Shown here one piece after another: positions 56,201-58,408 of a stretch of 58,408 nucleotides of DNA. The position numbers and the translations under genes are program-made. Numbering within the stretch: position 1 is the first letter of the stretch; each line of letters opens with the position of its first letter. Source of the DNA: a virus. The DNA lies in IMG/VR virus record IMGVR_UViG_3300044497_000111, positions 1 through 58,408 of that record; one strand, given 5' to 3'. The notes beneath the pieces were generated by a model that worked only from the letters and a program-made list of their open reading frames with translations, did no database searches and was not told where the DNA came from.

Positions 56201-56876
56201 CTTCAACGACGTCGTGCGTGACGCGAGCCGAGAGCGGCGAAATTTCGGTAATCGACGCCGAGAAATTCAGGAACCCGGCCTGCGTGCCCGGCGTCAGACT
56301 GCCCGCTGTTAGATCACCGCCTGGCGCGAAGGTCGCCGGGTCTTTCGTCCCGTAATAGATTTCCCCGGCGCGACTAGCCGTCGAGGTGTTGCGGGCGATG
56401 TACCCCAATTCGACGACGAGGCGATCCCCCGCCGAGATGGCGAGCGGCGTGAGCGGCTGCGGTTCGAGCAGGGCTTTCCCGGCATCGGTCGCGGGCCACT
56501 CCTGTGCGAGTACCTCGACGTAATCGTTCAGGAGCGTGCCACGTGGCGTGTCGGTGTCGCCTTGCGTGACGTAGAGATGGACGTGCCAGCAGAAGTCGGC
56601 CGCCGCGTTGTCGACGTCGACGCCCACGACCAGGTCGAGCGTGCCGCTGATCGTTTGCGCCGCCAACGGCGCCGACACGCCACGATAGAGCAGCACGTCC
56701 CACTCGGAACTCGCACTCGTTTCGGTCCGCGTGATCGAAGTGATGAAGTCGCCGTCGATTTTGGTTTGAACGAGCGCCCGCGTGACCGCTCCGGCGATGT
56801 CGTCCCACGCCCCACGCACGGTCGCGGGTGTGTAGGACGGCGTGTTCGCGCCAAGGTACAGTCGCGTGAACGGCAC
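53274..56876 (-). CDS. Large central tail fibre / host-specificity (gpJ-like) protein with FN3-like modules
   Basis: About 1200 aa. Three (V/I)T(H/Q)xV(V/I)EVLT repeats. FN3-like ...IRVNWDAVPGAEFYRIY... and ...ITISWTAHPGAVDGYRII.... GTG 56876 lies 5 nt after the upstream stop (start uncertain; the track ORF extends to 57017). The last ~85 aa are Arg/Pro-rich and doubtful. Confidence 0.7.
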   Translation of the reverse strand: MPFTRLYLGANTPSYTPATVRGAWDDIAGAVTRALVQTKIDGDFITSITRTETSASSEWDVLLYRGVSAPLAAQTISGTLDLVVGVDVDNAAADFCWHVHLYVTQGDTDTPRGTLLNDYVEVLAQEWPATDAGKALLEPQPLTPLAISAGDRLVVELGYIARNTSTASRAGEIYYGTKDPATFAPGGDLTAGSLTPGTQAGFLNFSASITEISPLSARVTHDVVEVLTWYPAPARITQAVIEVLTGPLVSSMVTQHVIEVLTFVPEVEQRFQDGGVSHPLTWITLTKKDGVKCAYAEVDLNDPPQYYDGYKRPRVERFHTIARGLSDRDGQVEHMSFGALLSDIATDRFDTHREFRAMLADAVNKYLTNRPLEVWFVDDTERRVLGLPRLAALGFVNDYAPTADLHFELKGADWLKKKFSRKRRAQQGWQPLITVADFPACPIETLETPAPIIYGSLGLTGVDASAVVGVTVTVGPQPVAAPANFDLELRTGGKTAGVTRYYTMSAYVGGVETDQTPVLAERTTNTMRTIRVNWDAVPGAEFYRIYSSHRSDFLQGALLDVDSSVTQYDDTTVLPNENREWITDTNWLLMLRQNFQYLVYANLGGGVFSAPGIGGVVITPIADRREVPSTRIQRNITISWTAHPGAVDGYRIIRRRSYYSDWDAEYNRQWDVAAGVLSVNDDNVVITPVTVPTGDLVAVEAAGQAKAIFVGQGTYGTTPITVSAFLVARHACARVGNIYIPTTTDAGDGETKTTYAPVPDAAFGVTWFAPDHPGWIYPTKYVAINGQWFTLIFTTVEPAPDPVFVDVDGVETAADGTGTLIRSIVDQRLHFMVNFVAPDTPWLAGAYLTAGDTVFPQLPAIPLVDEASHAAVKAALAARLGGSDYEGATIIGAGGEFVTAVDALARFQQSGDFDQTFNRKGQDSVSCEPIAASENLATITDVLNVRESSFNLVDQVQSAFFNILPYVHSRDYTGREQGGWYGKGEVRSNESIANYDQERESPKFELHALRGNTAQGRATITDVMARKLARFQDPRRIGSLQLPFAGLNFEPGETAAITHLEGVGADGWVGREVRFTRHEVEPTAGIVRLDFYDLTAVLENHAALLRRRQPQQEGDSHGKQPDTAETRVADRPAAADPDAPHRGTTRPTRPAGTTRPAADAGASHRRRRSGEPRSTDAPPRVTRVVTEKERRRRKPPPSDA
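53333..53527 (-). CDS. Possible Pro-rich small protein overlapping the 3' end of the large tail gene
   Basis: Very strong SD (AGGAGGGAG, 7 nt before the ATG). 64 aa, MANNPTPPRRESPTDPPPPTPTHP.... Lies entirely inside another frame of 53274..56876. Confidence 0.3.
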   Translation of the reverse strand: MANNPTPPRRESPTDPPPPTPTHPIAEPPDRPDRPGRPDQPPTPEHPIGDGDPGSPGRPTPRRE

Positions 56877-56880
56877 GGCG

Positions 56881-58002
56881 TCAGCTTGTCTTGCGATAGC
56901 CGAATTCGGCGGCGTTGAACCCAGTCTCCGTCCACGCCGCCCCGGTGCCAGGATTGACGCTCTGCACGGCCAAGCCATAGCCGTACGAAGTGCCCGGCGG
57001 AAGATCGCTCCCGACAAAGTCCGCGCCGCCGTGGCGCACGACCGGCGCCACCGTACAGATCCCGGTGTCGGTCTTTTTCATGTACAGGCAGTGCTGAATG
57101 CCCATAATGGTCCCGCCGACCACGGGCGCATCTTGAAAGACGAACGTGTCGGTGAGCCCTGCTGGGAGCGCGGACGTGAAGTCGGTGTCGCCGTTCGGCG
57201 TCACGTCGTCGACGCACTGCCAATTCGCGCCCGCTGACGGCGTCCATCCAGACGAGGCACCGACCGCAATCGCCAGCGTCGGGTCCACGCGACAGTCGCC
57301 GAGAAACGTATTCCACGGCGCCGAGCCCGAGCCGTCGCACACATACAGGTCGTCGTACACCCATTCGCCGGTAAAACTATTGCCACTTGGCCCGAAATGC
57401 CCGAGGCGAATCTCATTCCAGCCGACGGTGGCTCCGGCACCTATCGTGTTGACGCCCGTAACATTCAACACCTCGACGCCGTCGAAGCGTACGATCACGA
57501 CCCCCGCTGACGCGTGACTCGTGATCGCCACTTCGATATGGGTGAAGGCGCTCGCGATGAGCGTGCCCGCCGTCGTGCCGAGCGTGACCGGTGATCCGGC
57601 GTTTTGCCGATTGACGCTGATCGTCCCGTTGGAATTCAGAAAGAGCGAGCACTGCGTGACGGAATTGTTCCGCACGGCGAAGACATTCGGGCCTTGCCCG
57701 TTCAGCGACCCGGCCGAATCCGGGTTGCCATTCGTGTCGTAGCCGCTGAAGGTATTCGCCTTGAAGGCAAACCCCGTCACCATCTTCGTGTGCGATGGGA
57801 AGAGCACTTTGTTGTACGACTTCGTGTAGTCGTTGCCGCTGCCGCCCGTCTTGATCCGCAACCCGCTACTGCCGCGCCGCCCGACGGCCGCCACGATCCC
57901 GCTCACGTCGCCGCCCGACCCGGTGATCTGATTCGACGTCCACTTGCCCAACACGTCGGCCGTGACATTGTGATCCCACGATTCCATAAACATCAGCGCC
58001 AT
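56881..58002 (-). CDS. Minor tail protein (possible lectin/LamG-like beta-sandwich)
   Basis: GGGGAGAC SD before ATG 58002. 373 aa, Gly/Ser/Thr/Asn-rich. Lies between the distal-tail-like gene and the gpJ-like gene. Confidence 0.55.
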   Translation of the reverse strand: MALMFMESWDHNVTADVLGKWTSNQITGSGGDVSGIVAAVGRRGSSGLRIKTGGSGNDYTKSYNKVLFPSHTKMVTGFAFKANTFSGYDTNGNPDSAGSLNGQGPNVFAVRNNSVTQCSLFLNSNGTISVNRQNAGSPVTLGTTAGTLIASAFTHIEVAITSHASAGVVIVRFDGVEVLNVTGVNTIGAGATVGWNEIRLGHFGPSGNSFTGEWVYDDLYVCDGSGSAPWNTFLGDCRVDPTLAIAVGASSGWTPSAGANWQCVDDVTPNGDTDFTSALPAGLTDTFVFQDAPVVGGTIMGIQHCLYMKKTDTGICTVAPVVRHGGADFVGSDLPPGTSYGYGLAVQSVNPGTGAAWTETGFNAAEFGYRKTS

Positions 58003-58012
58003 GTTGTCTCCC

Positions 58013-58408
58013 CTACACGCCGGGCCGCAGGCCACGCCCGACTTCCTGGAATTGCAGCCGTTGCGCCGTGATTTCCGGGCGATCCCAGCGCACCGATTCA
58101 TCCGTCATGGCGTACCGCACGAGATAGCACCGGTCGGCGCGAATTGGCCCCGACGGCACGATGACCCACGGACGGGCACTGCCCTCAACGTCGTACCAGT
58201 GCGTTTCGAGCGCGGCCCGCATTTCGTCGGTGAGCAGAATGTCGGCCTCGTGTCCCCAGAGCGTGGTGCCGCGTGGATAGATCGTCGACACGCCGAAGGC
58301 CGTTCGATTCTCGATTTGCGGCTTGTCGGCCCGCACGCTCAAGCCCCAACGTAAATCGGGATCGAAGTGGGAGTACGTCGGATGAAACCGGACCTGGCCG
58401 ACTTGAAT
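58013..58408 (-). CDS. Distal-tail-type minor tail protein, 3' part (same gene as 1-628; 58282-58408 duplicates 1-127)
   Basis: The frame of track ORF 58013..58342 stays open to the window end and continues in phase at nt 628-1. Confidence 0.6.
   Translation of the reverse strand: MQVGQVRFHPTYSHFDPDLRWGLSVRADKPQIENRTAFGVSTIYPRGTTLWGHEADILLTDEMRAALETHWYDVEGSARPWVIVPSGPIRADRCYLVRYAMTDESVRWDRPEITAQRLQFQEVGRGLRPGV
58282..58408. repeat. Terminal direct repeat, copy B (identical to 1-127)
   Basis: Direct reading of both ends. Confidence 0.95.

Noticed and set aside
1-58408. Diversity-generating retroelement, retron or CRISPR-Cas components
   Set aside because: No reverse-transcriptase-like ORF (no YxDD-type motif seen), no template/variable repeat pair near the tail fibre genes, no cas-like genes and no regular repeat-spacer array.

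Overview
The window is a complete, GC-rich genome of a temperate tailed phage. Nt 1-127 are identical to nt 58282-58408, so the unit length is 58,281 bp and the contig closes on itself. One tail gene is split across the junction.

All functional calls are by-eye motif recognition. No database search was run.

Modules:
- (i) A long minus-strand late operon runs 21757 -> 1 and wraps to 58408 -> 52892. It holds a Zn-ribbon protein, two TIM-barrel glycoside hydrolases, a BppU-like protein, a collagen-like fibre, a holin-like protein, HNH, terS and terL. It continues with an RHH protein, a prohead protease-major capsid fusion, portal, a second collagen-like protein and head-tail joining genes. It ends with tail tube, a G/T chaperone pair with a -1 frameshift site, a 1334-aa tape measure, three distal tail proteins and a lipoprotein.
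- (ii) A plus-strand operon at 22199-26385 encodes vWA, HExxH, SpoVG-like and ASCH-like proteins.
- (iii) A minus-strand early operon runs 41747 -> 26291. It starts with a Cro-like HTH and carries a PD-(D/E)XK exonuclease, an AAA_24 ATPase and two ParB-like proteins. It also carries a DNA-modification-type island: a methyltransferase-like protein, a C5-methyltransferase interrupted by an HNH gene, a GNAT-like protein, and an ABC-ATPase fused to GNAT.
- (iv) A plus-strand arm at 41819-52269 encodes a CI-like HTH, a tyrosine integrase and about 30 small, translationally coupled ORFs.

Most notable non-coding signals:
- An iteron-like GAAGCAA array at 13040-13200.
- A dispersed GACCGGTC / GTCTCCCGACCG repeat family that fills six intergenic regions.
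- A candidate attP: the 3' half of an initiator-tRNA-Met-like gene flanked by GGGGTGCCAAAT arm repeats, about 8.5 kb from int.
- A neighbouring degenerate type-II tRNA-like sequence.
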